NCBI RefSeq assembly: GCF_001194135.2
Contig: NC_068995.1
Coordinates: forward strand, 44,483,755 to 44,547,754
Origin: Octopus bimaculoides
Lineage: Eukaryota
DNA length: 64,000 nt
Reading direction: 5' to 3'
Below, in pieces: positions 27,401 through 46,764 of this stretch. The notes under the pieces were generated by a model that was not told the origin of the DNA, did not search any database, and was given only the letters and a program-made list of their open reading frames with translations. The translations under genes were made by a program, and so were the position numbers. How positions within the stretch are numbered: position 1 is the stretch's first letter; each line of letters starts with the position of its first letter.

Positions 27401-30400
27401 AGGCCAGGTGATACACCAAGTTTCATAGTCTGTTTAGGCTGGGTTTCTACAGCTGGCTGCCCTTCCTAGCACAAACCACTTTACAGAGTGTACTGGGTGC
27501 TTTTTATGTGGCACCATCACCAGTGCTTTTTACGTGACACCAGTACTAGTGCATTTTATGTAGCACAATCATCAGTGCTTTTTACATGGCACCAGCAATG
27601 TAAAAATAATGGAACAAATTCAACAAAAATTCACTTTAGCTGGTGACTGTCTCAGACTTGGAAATAGAATGAAACTGAAAAAATCTTTTTGTTTTTTTCA
27701 AAATGAAATATATTGAATGCTTATTAGAGAGGGTATTAGACATGGTATTTAACAAGGAACTGTTTACTATCATTGAAAAAAATCATATTACTGAAAACAG
27801 AATGCTATACTATAAGAAAAAAGAAAAAAAAAACATCATCTCAGAAATGCAATTATGATGCTATGGAGCCTGCAAGCTTAATCCCTTGTTTTAACAGGGA
27901 AAGTGGGCTTAAAGACAATTCTTGCAAAAGGTAATATTGTCTATTTTAATTAGCAATGACCTTCAATAGTTGAAGAATGTAGAGTCATTAGAATATTTGA
28001 TAAAATACCTTGCTATATTTGGTCCAACTCTCTGCTCCTTAAGTTTGGATCTCAACACCCAAGGTCATCCTTTTTGGGTCAAATAACAGAAGTATCAATC
28101 GAGGATGGTAGTGGTGGAAATGGACTGTTGGGGTTGGGGTGGCATAGGGATAGACTGGATGCCTTGTGGTATCTGTTTTAGTCCTTTTTGTTTCCAACAG
28201 CAATGCTTAAGACTTCAGTGGTGCCACACTGTATGTGCCTTAAAGCAGGGACCTTTCTTTAGGACAACATACATGAGGTGGAGAGGGAAAATTTGCAAGC
28301 AAAAGTAACTGCCAATACTCTACAAAAACAAATATGCAGGGTTGTGCAGATAAGTGTTCAACTTTAACCAGTGGTAGCCTCTAGAATAACCATCAACAGG
28401 TGACATTGTCTATAATAACAGTATAACGACCATCAACTGGTGACATTGTTCTCATTAATTCTATAATGACTATCAACAGGTGACAGCAACTGATATTGTC
28501 CATGCAGAACATTTATTTGGTACTTTCTCACACCTGATGACCACGTATCTGACTTCAGCTCAACTCATCACTTTGGTCAGTGAAACAAAGTAAGTTCTCA
28601 ACATTTATCTCTTTCCAATTTTAATTCTGTTCTTATTAACTTTGAAATATTTAACTCTTTACACACACAAATGGCTGAACTCGGACCATAGTTACTTTGT
28701 TGTGTCCCTAGGAGATCTGCCTCAGTCTCTATTTTAACCCTTTAACATTCAGATTTCTTTGTGAAATGCATTGCTTATTTATTCACGTTGTTTTGAATTA
28801 ATCACACATTATGTTGTAGCTTCAAGATTTCAATGGTGTGTTTGTCTATTTTAGAATGACATTGTCGGGTAGGAGTGAAAGGTTGGATTGGGTTGGTTTT
28901 AAAATAAAACAGGTAGAATATGTGGGTTGTAAATATCTGGATTATATACCAAAGGGTTAAAGACAGCCACTTCCAACACCTGCATCATCATCATGATTTA
29001 ATGACCATGTTCCATGCTGGCTTGGGTTGGACCATATGTAAACCTCATTATCATCATTTAACATCCATTGTCCATGCTGGCATGGGTTGGACGGTTTGAC
29101 CAGCTGAGGGGCTGCACAGACTCCAGTCTGATTTGGTATCGTTTCTATGGCTAGATGCCCTTCCTAACACCAACCACTCTGAGAGTATAATGGGGGGCTT
29201 TCACATGCCACTGGCACAGGTGTCAGTTGTATGACTCCAGTATATGCCATGACCATGATTTCACTTGGCTTGATGGGTCTTATACTCCAGTATGGTATGT
29301 TGCCGAAGGTCTCAGTCATTTGTCATTGCCTCTGTGAGTACTAAAACAATAATATAAGAGAGAAAAGATAGACATCATACCAACAGCATGGGACTCTCAA
29401 ATAGCCTTCCTAATCTTTGATCTGCTGCCCGGTTATAGAAACTTGCTTGGCTCTAATGAATCACCATCAAATGACTTTTTTTTTCTTATCCAGGAAAAAG
29501 CAAATTTTAGCAACTTTAGAAGAGAGAAACAAAAAAGCAACTGACACTAAATTCTTTGATAAAAGTCAAGAGGAATTAGCTGGGCGTTCTATATTGGTTT
29601 ACCCTGGCTCATCTCGGCAACAGGTAAGCTTATTAAAGAAGACAAGAAGGTTAATGATGTGGTTGATAAAGATACAGCTAGCTGTTACTTGCAAGTGGAT
29701 ATTGCTTAGCAATGTGTATCATGCTTTTGTTTCAAGTGTTTGTGTAATCGTGAGTAGACTTAGGCACCCTCATCCTTGAATCAGAGCAATATCCAAGATG
29801 TAACAGCTTCACTAGCAACTGACTCCTACTTATTTACAGCCAAGTAGACTGGAGTAACGTGAAATGAACGGCTTTGACTGGTCCATGGATTGAACCCACA
29901 AACTTAGGATCAGAAACACTGTATCCATCAGGCCACATGCTTTCACTGTGTAGTTGACAGACAATATAGATATTACATTAAACATAATGCTTTTTTTAAA
30001 AAAATCATTTGATAAAAATAGAACTAATTTAGATTAATTAAATCAGTTATGTGAAGGTGCATGGCCTAGTGGTTAGGCGTGTTGCTCTCATGTTCATGGT
30101 TTCAATTCCCAGACTGGCTGCGTGTTGTGTTCTTCAGCAAAACAATTTTATGTTGCTCAGTCCTCCTTTTGATTGTGGGTAATGTTGGCCTGCTTGCCTG
30201 GCCTGAGGGGTGGCATCATTCAAAAGCTAAAAATGATGTGATGGTGCATTGTGACCTGCAAAGATTAACATTTTATAGTCTGGTCAATCACGTGATCATG
30301 TGAAATCAGTTATGTCTTTCCCTCATCATAGATTAGAGATAATCTCTCGAACTGTAGTTGATTTATTGCTGGGGGTCTCATAAATACCACAGACTCCATA

Positions 30401-32072
30401 AATGTGGCTTCAAATTTTTGCACAAGGCCAACAATTTCAGAAGAAGGGCATAAGTTGTTTATATCAACTCCAGTATGCAACTGGTTCTTATTTTATGTTC
30501 CTAACACTAACTGAATGATGACTAAGTTGTTTCACTAAATTCTTTGTTATATTTAAAGTAATTGAAAGAAACACAGAGCACCTCAAAATAAATACAGTAA
30601 TGAAGGGGTTAAAGCCTCTATTGGTAAAGTCAATCACAGCAACTGACAAATAAATGGAACTAGGTTAGTTTTGACAGTGAGGGTTCAGTTGTTTGATCAA
30701 CATTGGGTCCCTGCTCATTGAATTAATATCAAAGTAACTGAGTATTCCATGGATACTTTTACCACCCTTAATGTGATCCTTAGCTGGAATCAGCACAACT
30801 GTGTAACAAGGCTGGACCTTCAAAAGCACTGTCTTAACATTCACTTTCCCCATATTTGCATAGGTCATACAGCATCTGTGTAAGCAGGTTTTCTACAACT
30901 GGATGCTCTTCGTGCTTCATCATCATCATCCAAGGTAATATTTCCCCATGACTGAATGTTTTCATAGAAGATTGGAAATGGCACCTCTTGTATAACAGTG
31001 ACACTTATTTACAACTATCAGGCATTGTCAAGATGAAGAGGCATTTAATCATTTACAGATGCACTCCAACTTCTGACTTAGACATGCTGTCGCATCTCAG
31101 TCTTTTCTGTTGAAACTAGTCAAACGGTATCTGTTCCTTGAAGCTAGCTGGTCTTATGCCTCTTCTTCTCAGGTACCCCTCACCCAGTTCTCCTTCCACC
31201 TCTTGTTGCCTCCACTCATCCAACCCCTTTAGTCACTATACCTAATCCTACTTCCCCAAAACATCCATCCAGCTAAAATCTTCTTCCTGAAGATATTGAC
31301 CTGCACTGGTATAAATGAAACATTAAAGTGTCAAAATCTCACCAGTCTTGGGTGAACCAACAAAGGCTAAGGGGATTGAACCTTTCTCCAAGCTCAGCAA
31401 AAAAAAAAAAAAAAAAAAGAAAAAGAAAAGGGGGCATGTGCCTGTCTGATCCCCAACGCTGCTTGACAACCAGTGCTGATGTGTTTACATCCCTGTAACT
31501 TAATGTTTCGGCAAAAGACAAATAGAATAAATACCACTCTTCTAACAGAATACTGGGGCCCAATTCATTCAATTAAAAAGCAAGGCAGTGCCACAATCTA
31601 ATGGCTGAGACAAGAAAAAGAAAACATCCATGTATATAATAAAAAAATATTAACATCATCATCATCATCAAACGTCTGCTTTCCATGCTAGCATGGGCCG
31701 GACGATTTGACTGAGGACTGGTGAAACCAGATGGCTATCTGATTTGGAGCCTGGTGTAGTCATAAATCGTCCAACCCATGCTAGCATGGAAAGCGGACGT
31801 TAAATGATTATGATGATGATGTAAATAAGTTATTATATATATAACATCGTATATATTTTTTCTTTACTCAGAAGTCAAAGATCTGCAAGAAACTAGCCAA
31901 AGAGTACGTGTCTGAAATTGTAAGGAATGTGTTACATGCAGAGAAGAAACGAAGTGAAGTGTCTCGGATATGGCCGGAATTATTTGAAGATTTTTTACTG
32001 AATATTCTCTCAGACATGGATGATACTAACACCTATATAAAGAATTGGTTTGATAAACTAGAAAAATCATAA
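9553..32072 (+). CDS. LRRC49: Leucine-rich repeat-containing protein 49 (tubulin polyglutamylase complex subunit), spliced. join(9553-9594,12029-12146,12307-12501,14319-14424,16111-16314,[missing exon],18696-18839,20401-20462,21165-21312,22731-22814,23776-23990,24510-24761,25376-25598,26727-26909,28480-28589,29494-29623,31872-32072)
   Basis: Exon translations (LYRTAEEKSINPDRLNLDR, TVCPVLEGEEPLRLLNYQHN, LYLSFNEI, DGNPIA, EDERRMA, MYGIGSLEALDR, LWRYYLLFRLAHFS, IWPELF) follow the order of vertebrate LRRC49 as I recall it. All junctions are GT-AG and phase-compatible except across the N-gap. The first three exons are less certain than the rest. Confidence 0.93.
10702..10714. promoter_or_regulatory. 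RFX X-box-like motif GTTACCATGCAAC in LRRC49 intron 1
   Basis: One deviation from GTNRCC-N0-3-RGYAAC, in a gene linked to cilia and centrosomes. Confidence 0.35.
12029..12146 (+). CDS. LRRC49: LRRC49 exon (SGAANQGRETIVLK...NHLA)
   Basis: ctctaag| acceptor and GCAG|gtaaga donor, phase 0 to 1. SGAAN resembles vertebrate SGRAANN. An alternative in-frame acceptor lies at 11974. Confidence 0.65.
12307..12501 (+). CDS. LRRC49: LRRC49 symmetric phase 1-1 exon (EKLPLHHRTRS...YPTFSS)
   Basis: ttttctccag| acceptor and CAG|gtttga donor. 195 nt, open in the required frame. Confidence 0.65.
13322..13520 (+). mobile_element. RTE-clade LINE remnant (post-RT region)
   Basis: QSQLRWLCHVVKMSDNRISKVLL matches RTE QLRWAGHVVRM.D.R.PK. 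Confidence 0.75.
14319..14424 (+). CDS. LRRC49: LRRC49 exon (GDRVLPM...PDRLNLDR)
   Basis: Homology to the pre-LRR segment. AG and GTAAGA boundaries, phase 1 to 2. Confidence 0.9.
14510..14675. repeat. Imperfect (CAT)n microsatellite
   Basis: Direct inspection. Confidence 0.9.
16111..16314 (+). CDS. LRRC49: LRRC49 LRR exon (RRFTVCP...VLMLGKN)
   Basis: Clear LRR repeats. ttttag| and AG|gtgagg boundaries, phase 2-2. Confidence 0.95.
16410..16690. other. Assembly gap. Other large gaps at 37399-37530, 46765-47640, 48391-48498 and 58683-59278
   Basis: Runs of N. Confidence 1.
17870..18150 (+). mobile_element. Non-LTR retrotransposon C-terminal zinc-knuckle remnant
   Basis: WQSLNHLRSCFG...CECEEADHT..H...LEDLIEF resembles W..LNRLRTG.GR...CECG..EQT..H. 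Confidence 0.55.
18696..18839 (+). CDS. LRRC49: LRRC49 LRR exon (LSEITNLNHLSELRVLNLAGN...IQSV)
   Basis: LRR consensus LxxLxLxxN. ttcag| and |gtaagg boundaries, 144 nt, phase 0-0. Not in the ORF track on this strand. Confidence 0.95.
20401..20462 (+). CDS. LRRC49: LRRC49 exon (SDIDCLPSLQRLYLSFNEIC)
   Basis: LRR motif. ttctag| and AG|gtaaat boundaries, phase 0 to 2. Confidence 0.93.
20607..20990 (+). mobile_element. tRNA-derived SINE family C. Other copies near 32270-32635(-) and 60920-61280
   Basis: Head GGCGCAATGGCCCAGTGGTTAGGGCAGC..GATTCCCAGACCGGGCG. Three closely similar copies of about 380 bp. Confidence 0.85.
21165..21312 (+). CDS. LRRC49: LRRC49 LRR-cap exon (SFSAVSCLSDSS...LDMRRVS)
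   Basis: DGNPIA...YRQNVL LRR cap. Donor |gtaagt. A second in-frame acceptor lies 6 nt downstream. Confidence 0.93.
21360..21840. repeat. Compound (TG)n/(GA)n microsatellite tract
   Basis: Direct inspection. It explains the His/Thr-rich ORFs. Confidence 0.95.
22731..22814 (+). CDS. LRRC49: LRRC49 coiled-coil exon (EDERRMALV...IATLK)
   Basis: Matches EEERRMA...KEEEKKRE. ctcag| and AAG|gtaggt boundaries. Confidence 0.93.
23776..23990 (+). CDS. LRRC49: LRRC49 exon (EKRRVAINNAKKQWD...FHISG)
   Basis: Matches EKKRLTINNVARQWD. tgtag| and AA|gtatgt boundaries, phase 0 to 2. Confidence 0.88.
24510..24761 (+). CDS. LRRC49: LRRC49 symmetric phase 2-2 exon containing five DVPSTAT-like repeats
   Basis: ttcttcag| acceptor and AG|gtaaac donor. 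252 nt open and phase-compatible with both neighbours. No homology recognised. Confidence 0.65.
24559..24663 (+). repeat. Coding 21-bp minisatellite x5 (GATGTACCAAGTACAGCAACA)
   Basis: Two perfect and three diverged units, read directly. Confidence 0.95.
24849..25200. repeat. Degenerate minisatellite of about 30 bp (GACACAGTGTGTAGATGTTGACTGGTTAGATA) split by a SINE fragment
   Basis: About four units before 24980 and two or three after 25114. Confidence 0.75.
25376..25598 (+). CDS. LRRC49: LRRC49 exon (SPSNIEND...MYGIGSLEALDR...FPGLV)
   Basis: Matches LYGSGALESLDR...FIEFDEIV..LPKLK.KFP. Donor |gtaagt. Confidence 0.93.
26727..26909 (+). CDS. LRRC49: LRRC49 exon (CLVLNACNI...INNKE)
   Basis: Matches QFNALAQLRRID...LWKYYVLFRLSHFS. 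183 nt, phase 0-0. Confidence 0.94.
27077..27373. mobile_element. hAT MITE with perfect 8-bp TSD GGTTAGAC, nested in a (GAT)n-tailed retroposon
   Basis: TIRs CAGGGGTTTTCA and TGAAAACCCCTG. TSD at 27069-27076 and 27374-27381. Confidence 0.9.
28480..28589 (+). CDS. LRRC49: LRRC49 exon (VTATDIVHAEHLFG...VSET)
   Basis: Matches VTQNDMIMAERLFG. caacag| and AA|gtaagt boundaries. Confidence 0.88.
29494..29623 (+). CDS. LRRC49: LRRC49 exon (KKQILATLEERN...SSRQQ)
   Basis: Matches RKKQFRYLLE. tccag| and CAG|gtaagc boundaries, phase 2 to 0. Confidence 0.88.
31872..32072 (+). CDS. LRRC49: LRRC49 terminal exon (KSKICKKLAKEYV...IWPELF...LEKS*)
   Basis: Matches the C-terminal K.YI.DLV...LWPQMF segment. 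201 nt ending in TAA. Confidence 0.9.
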   Translation, partial: KSKICKKLAKEYVSEIVRNVLHAEKKRSEVSRIWPELFEDFLLNILSDMDDTNTYIKNWFDKLEKS

Positions 32073-34003
32073 AATATATATCATCACTGAAGACTATGTT
32101 GTTGGATTGAGTTATTCCAGTTGTTATTTCAAATAATGTTACCGGACTGTGTGGTAATAAGCTTGCATCCCAACCACATGATTTTGAGTTCAGTCCCAGT
32201 GGATGGCACTTTGGGCAAGTGTGTTCTGACAAAGTAGATGGAAACTGAAAGAAGCCTGTCATGTAAGTGTATGTATATGTTGGTACGACGTCGAGGGTTC
32301 CAGTTGATCCAATCAACAGAACAGCCTGCTCATGAAATTAACGTGCAAGTGGCTGAGCACTCCACAGACACATGTACCCATAACATAGTTCTCGGGGGTA
32401 TTCAGCATGACACGGCTGGCCCCTTTGAATTACAGGCACAATAGAAACAGGAAGAGTGAGAGAAAGTTGTGGCAAAAGAGTACAGCAGGGTTCGCCACCA
32501 TCCCCTTCCGGAGCCTCGTGGAGCTTTAGGTGGTTTCACTCAATAAACACTCACAACGCCCGGTCTGGGGATCGAAACCACGATCCTATGACCTCGAGTC
32601 CGCTGCCCTAACCACTGGGCAATTGCGCCTCCACTGTGTATGTATATAAATGTGTGTTTTTGTGCCTGTCTCCTGCCACCGCTTCTTGACAACCAGTGTT
32701 GGTGTGTTTATGTCCGTGACAAGAAGGTTCAGCAAAAGAGACCGATAGAATAAGTATGAGACTCAAAAGAAAGGGGGGAAAAAAAAAAAAAAAAAAAAAA
32801 AAAAGGTACAAGGGTCAATTCATCTGACTAAAAATTCGTGAAGGTGATGTCCCAATATAGCCACAGCCCAATGATAGGAAAAAAAAAGAAAAGAAAAAAT
32901 ACTGTCATCTGCATTACAGCTGGCTGATAAAGAACAAATCTATTTTACACATTTGGAAGGTGTGTATTTGTAAATTGATAAGCATGTCTGAAAGTCAGTA
33001 TCTGCAACTGAAACAGCATGAAATTAAAATAGCCATCAGTGTACCATACCATATATTTATACCACTGAAAGGTATGTGGTTTTTACCTGAGAGAACATAT
33101 CTTCCAAGCCATGTCATCAACATCATTTAACATCCATTTTCCATGCTGGCATGTGTTGGATGATTTGATGAGCTACAACAGGCTCCAGTTGTCTTTTTTG
33201 GCATGGTCTCTATGACTGGATGACCTTCCTAATGACAACCACTCTCCAGAGTTTATTGAGTGCGCACATGTGCTGACACTGTATAGAAGCAGACTGAACA
33301 TCAGAAGCCCAAGAAGGTTGATATATAAATCATAACTGAGATGATGTTTGTCTCCCAAATTTTCTTAAAATTACATCTATGAAAAGATTTTCTCAGGCAA
33401 AAAACCACAGTCTCATGCCTTCCAATGATGTATGTACATTAGGTATGGTACACAGATGTCTATCACAAGCATGTTTGTTTCGTTGTAGGATTGAATTCTG
33501 CTTAAGTAACTGTTTGTTTGGGCATGTCATACATAAAGATTGTGTATAACTAATGAAGACACAACAATCTCTAATATTCGTGCCATGATATACAATGTCC
33601 CTAGTCCACTTTGCAAAGTTGTTGGTACTTATTTACAAGTATATACGGTATTGTAAATGTACATGGCTCAGAATGTGGTTTTAGGTTCAGTCCCACTGCA
33701 TGGCACTTTAGGTAAAACTTCTACTGTAGTCTCAGCTTGCCACATAACACAAACATGTATAAATGTACGAATGCTTACATCACCTGCACTTTGAATGAAT
33801 AAAGTACCAAGCTAGAAGCATTGAAGTTTGTTGTCCCCCTCTCAACAAACTGTCCAAGGATTGTGTGCTGTCGAAAAAGTGCAGAATAAAAGATTCCTTA
33901 CTTGAAAAACAGGATGAAAGGCAAAGTCTGTTTCAACAGGGTTGGTGACAGGAAGAACATCCACCAGTAAAACAATGCTTCAATAATATACATTCATCTA
34001 AAT

Positions 34004-34217
34004 CAGTGATTCTTAACCATTTTTTGTCTATGGACTCCTTTTGATTTGTATTTTACTCTATTTCATCTCCATAGCAATTCACAGTATATAAAAAAAAACA
34101 CTTTTATATTAATAATAGTATAAAAACATTAAAATATTTTGTGTACTGTAGAAGTATATTCAATTTATTGCAGATAAATTTTAAAATCTTATATGGACCT
34201 CAGTTGAAAAACTACTG
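34004..34217. mobile_element. hAT (Charlie-like) MITE with perfect 8-bp TSD ATCTAAAT
   Basis: TIRs CAGTGATTCTTAAC and GTTGAAAAACTACTG. TSD at 33996-34003 and 34218-34225. Confidence 0.85.
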
Positions 34218-34315
34218 ATCTAAATAATGGTAATGAACAAACAAGTGAAAACAGATTTCATTTAGATGATGTGTGAGATGCAAGGAAGACAAATCACAGT
34301 CGGAAGTTATTTTCA

Positions 34316-34321
34316 TTTATT
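34316..34321 (-). terminator. Probable ATP5F1A poly(A) signal AATAAA
   Basis: tttatt on the + strand, about 115 nt past the stop codon. Confidence 0.65.
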
Positions 34322-34436
34322 AATAAACGTCTGTACATACATCTAAGACGAAGGTTTTAACATGAGGCAGCCCAATGATAACTAATGATGTAACCAAAAT
34401 TTCCTCCATTTCACTTTCCTAAAAACCCATCAGCCC

Positions 34437-43384
<8,948 letters not shown>

Positions 43385-43444
43385 CTTGGAGAGACGAATG
43401 ATGTCTGATAGAAGAATATGGCCGAACGGGAAAGATAGACCTAA

Positions 43445-43457
43445 TGCATCATGGGAA
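43445..43457 (-). promoter_or_regulatory. ZNF143/Staf-binding-site-like motif TTCCCATGATGCA
   Basis: Close match to the SBS core T(T/A)CCCA(C/T)AATGCA, about 60 bp upstream of the ATP5F1A ATG. Confidence 0.5.
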
Positions 43458-43648
43458 TGATATTTAGGTTAGCTAGGGCCGTGATTTTGTTTTTTGTTTT
43501 TTTTAGCACATTATTTAATTTTGATGAAATATCTTTATTTTAGTTAGTTAACTAATACCAATAATAATAATAATACTGATTTTTTCTAAAAATTCGATAG
43601 AAACGACGAAATCTTTGTTTCCGGAGAAGATCGTGAAGCAATGTAGTT

Positions 43649-43657
43649 GTCACGTGA
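43649..43657. promoter_or_regulatory. E-box GTCACGTGA (USF/MiT-TFE type)
   Basis: Palindromic TCACGTGA in the middle of the divergent promoter region. Confidence 0.4.
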
Positions 43658-43866
43658 GTATAAGAACGTCACAAAAGTCTGGCGAAAATCGTTTCATTCC
43701 TTTTCTGATCATCAGACATTGTCATCGATTATTTCATCCTCTCTCTCTCTATCTATCTCTCCATATAATAAGCACTAACATCTATCTAGTAGTAGTACTA
43801 CTACTAGTACTGCTACTGTCTGACCATTACTTATTATTTCATTGCTGACTTTTCGCCAGTTGAAGA

Positions 43867-43926
43867 ATGTCTTTAAGCACTAAAATGTCCAAGTGCTGTG
43901 TATTGATTCTCTGTTTGTTGTTTTGG
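43867..43926 (+). CDS. Candidate first exon of an unidentified gene, signal-peptide-like (MSLSTKMSKCCVLILCLLFW)
   Basis: Two in-frame ATGs, a basic residue followed by a hydrophobic core, and a TGG|GTAAGT donor. It lies in the CpG-retaining region divergent from ATP5F1A. Downstream exons are unresolved. Confidence 0.45.
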
Positions 43927-44189
43927 GTAAGTTATTATTATTATGATTCCACTTCATTCGACAGCACCATTTATAATCATAAATCTGTTATTATTATATA
44001 TCACTATTATTCAGAATGGCTATTTTAATATATATATATATATTCTTCTGTTATATCTTTTATCATATATTTGTTCTTTCTTCTCATTCTTCATGTAAAC
44101 AACATTTTTCTTCTCTTGGTGATGCTTCTTTTATTTCAAAGGATTATTTGCTACACGCACATACAATACAGACATAGCTTCGTGTCTAT

Positions 44190-44472
44190 CAGTGGTTCTC
44201 AACCATTTAAAATTTTTTTCTTAAATCTTTACCTATGAACCCTTTCTGATTCCTATTTTACTCAGGTGGGCCCCCACCACTTTACCCCATTTAAATAATC
44301 CCTATTTTTATAATTAAATATTAGGAATTGTAAAAAAAAAAAAAAAAGGTTGTCAAAATATTTTGTGTATTGTAGAAGCGTACAACCATATTATTGTAGA
44401 AATTTTAACAGCAAAATCTTATGTGGACCCCGACCCGCCAAGGGTCATATGTACCCTGGTTGAGCACCACTG
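44190..44472. mobile_element. hAT MITE of the same family as 34004-34217 (further copies near 15490-15776 and 48145-48931)
   Basis: TIRs CAGTGGTTCTCAACC and GGTTGAGCACCACTG. TSD is degenerate. Confidence 0.75.
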
Positions 44473-44700
44473 ATGTTATATAGGCCCTTACACTCGCATA
44501 TTGAAACTCATACGCACATATATATGTACCTGTGTGTGTATATAAATATATAGTATTAGGGGAAAGAACCAAGGTACATGATCTCATCTTTTCCCTAATA
44601 CTATATATTTATATATTTTATACTGTGAAACTTAATTTAATTTTAACTTTTAATAAATTGATTTTAATTGAGTTTTTACCTGTAATTTTGGATTTTATCC

Positions 44701-44741
<41 letters not shown>

Positions 44742-44804
44742 CCATTAGTTAACATTTACAATTTGAAACGTTCAGAAAAAGATAATGAAAAATATGGATA
44801 ATTC

Positions 44805-44946
44805 AGCAGCTTATTTCAAAACATAGGCAAGGAAATAAAGTTTTATTAAAGCCATCAGAACACTTCATAGAAGTTGATTGATGGATCTCAACTTTAAATA
44901 GATACCGTCGTGGAAGTTGTAAAGGTAATTTATGTGCACCCTGTAT
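44805..44946. mobile_element. Tc1/mariner terminal fragment
   Basis: Ends in ...TTATGTGCACCCTGTA (reverse complement TACAGGGTG) followed by a TA-rich tract. Confidence 0.45.
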
Positions 44947-45744
44947 GCATGTATGTATGTGTATGTATACACATACACATAGGTGTATATAATATAGTTT
45001 TAATATGTTGTAAGGAATCAATCCTTTCCAAGGTTTAACAATTCTCTCCTTCACACATACACACACACACACACACGCTGTACTTCGTTGTCCAATGTCT
45101 GTAAAATTGGTGAGAATGACAGCGACTGTTTACATTCATTTCTGTTTATTTCTCTATAATTTTCCAAACTATGTCGTAATAATAATGATTGCCCAGCCTA
45201 ATCTTTTCCTTTCTAAACCATTTTACCATTCTCGCTAACATTGTTTATCAAGAATTTATCAGATTATCTGACAGAATTTTCTTTCACATTTATTTAGGAA
45301 TCTTCTTTTAAAGACGGACCACAGTGTAATTGCTATTGGCTTGGACTGTAACCATACTGGGGCACTATTTGTTTTTGTACAAAAGCCTAAATTAAATGAA
45401 AGCCAGCCAATGTGTATGATGGCATTATTTATTATGCTGTGGTTGATTTTAATTTTCATCCTTTTGAGGGCGATAAAATTAGTACCAGTTGAAAATTGGA
45501 GTTGATTTTATCAACTTCGCCCCTCCCCAAACCTGCTTGCCTTGTGCTAAAATTTGAAACTTGTTTATTGTGTGCATGTGGAGCATGTGGCTGTGTGGGT
45601 TGGCATGTTTTCGTGTCAAGTCACTGAATGGGAACATTTTTATGAGTTTATCATGTCTGTTTGGATGAATCATACTCACGTTGGTGTTGTGTACTTCCAA
45701 GTCAGCCTTGATTCAACTAAAGCCATTCCTGTCATGACCATCCC

Positions 45745-45746
<2 letters not shown>

Positions 45747-45803
<57 letters not shown>
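45747..45803. repeat. (TA)n microsatellite. Others near 9601, 44704 and 46720, with (CA)n at 12555 and 46005
   Basis: Direct inspection. Confidence 0.95.
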
Positions 45804-45806
<3 letters not shown>

Positions 45807-46002
45807 CACTGACTACTTGATAAATTCTTATAAAGATTTTATTCTTACATTTTATATATATATAATGTGTGCGTGCGCTTACATTGACCGATGTGTCCTA
45901 TTTTAAAATAATAGGGTGTATTTTGAGGCTGATTTGGCTGCTATTTCTGTAGACGGTGGATGTTTGTACCTTTAAACATTTTGGCACATCTTCCATTGAC
46001 AT

Positions 46003-46038
<36 letters not shown>

Positions 46039-46717
46039 ATATATTATTCGCGCACAGACGAAGTATATCTAAGCTTCCTATTTAATCCATATTAATTAAC
46101 ACCCAGTGTTATTCTATGAGTTACGATAAGAATATTATGGACACTTAAATTCAATAAAAACTCTTAATTGGCATCACGGTTTTATATTGTCATTTTCTCT
46201 TTCTTCCTTTATAAAAAAAGCTGAATTAGAAAAATTGTTATACAATATCCACCTGCCGATTACCCCCCTCCCATCGCCTCTTTTTTGGTGTTATATTAAA
46301 CTAGCTTCAATGTTGTTGGAACCATAAAGAGACGAGATATCGCTTTTTGGTATATTCTGACAGGTGAGGGAGATGAGATTATGATAATTTTCTCCATCTA
46401 CTGATAATGGCTTTGTCTTGTATTGACATTTAGTGTACATTAAAGAATCGTCTTTTTATTTGATCTAACTAGCGTTTTCTAAGTTAATTCTTCGTAATTC
46501 CTGAATCCAGACTTATTGAGTGAACTTGGACAGGTAATACATATGTTGGTCATACTGTAATAACGTCCAACGACTCAGGTGGGCTGGAATTATAATAGCT
46601 ATTGCTGTTACATTGAAGTAACGTCAACATTCGGGATATATATATTATATAATATTTCTCAATCAGTCTGGTTTATATATATATATTATATAATCTTCCC
46701 CAGTCAGTCTGGATTTT

Positions 46718-46764
<47 letters not shown>

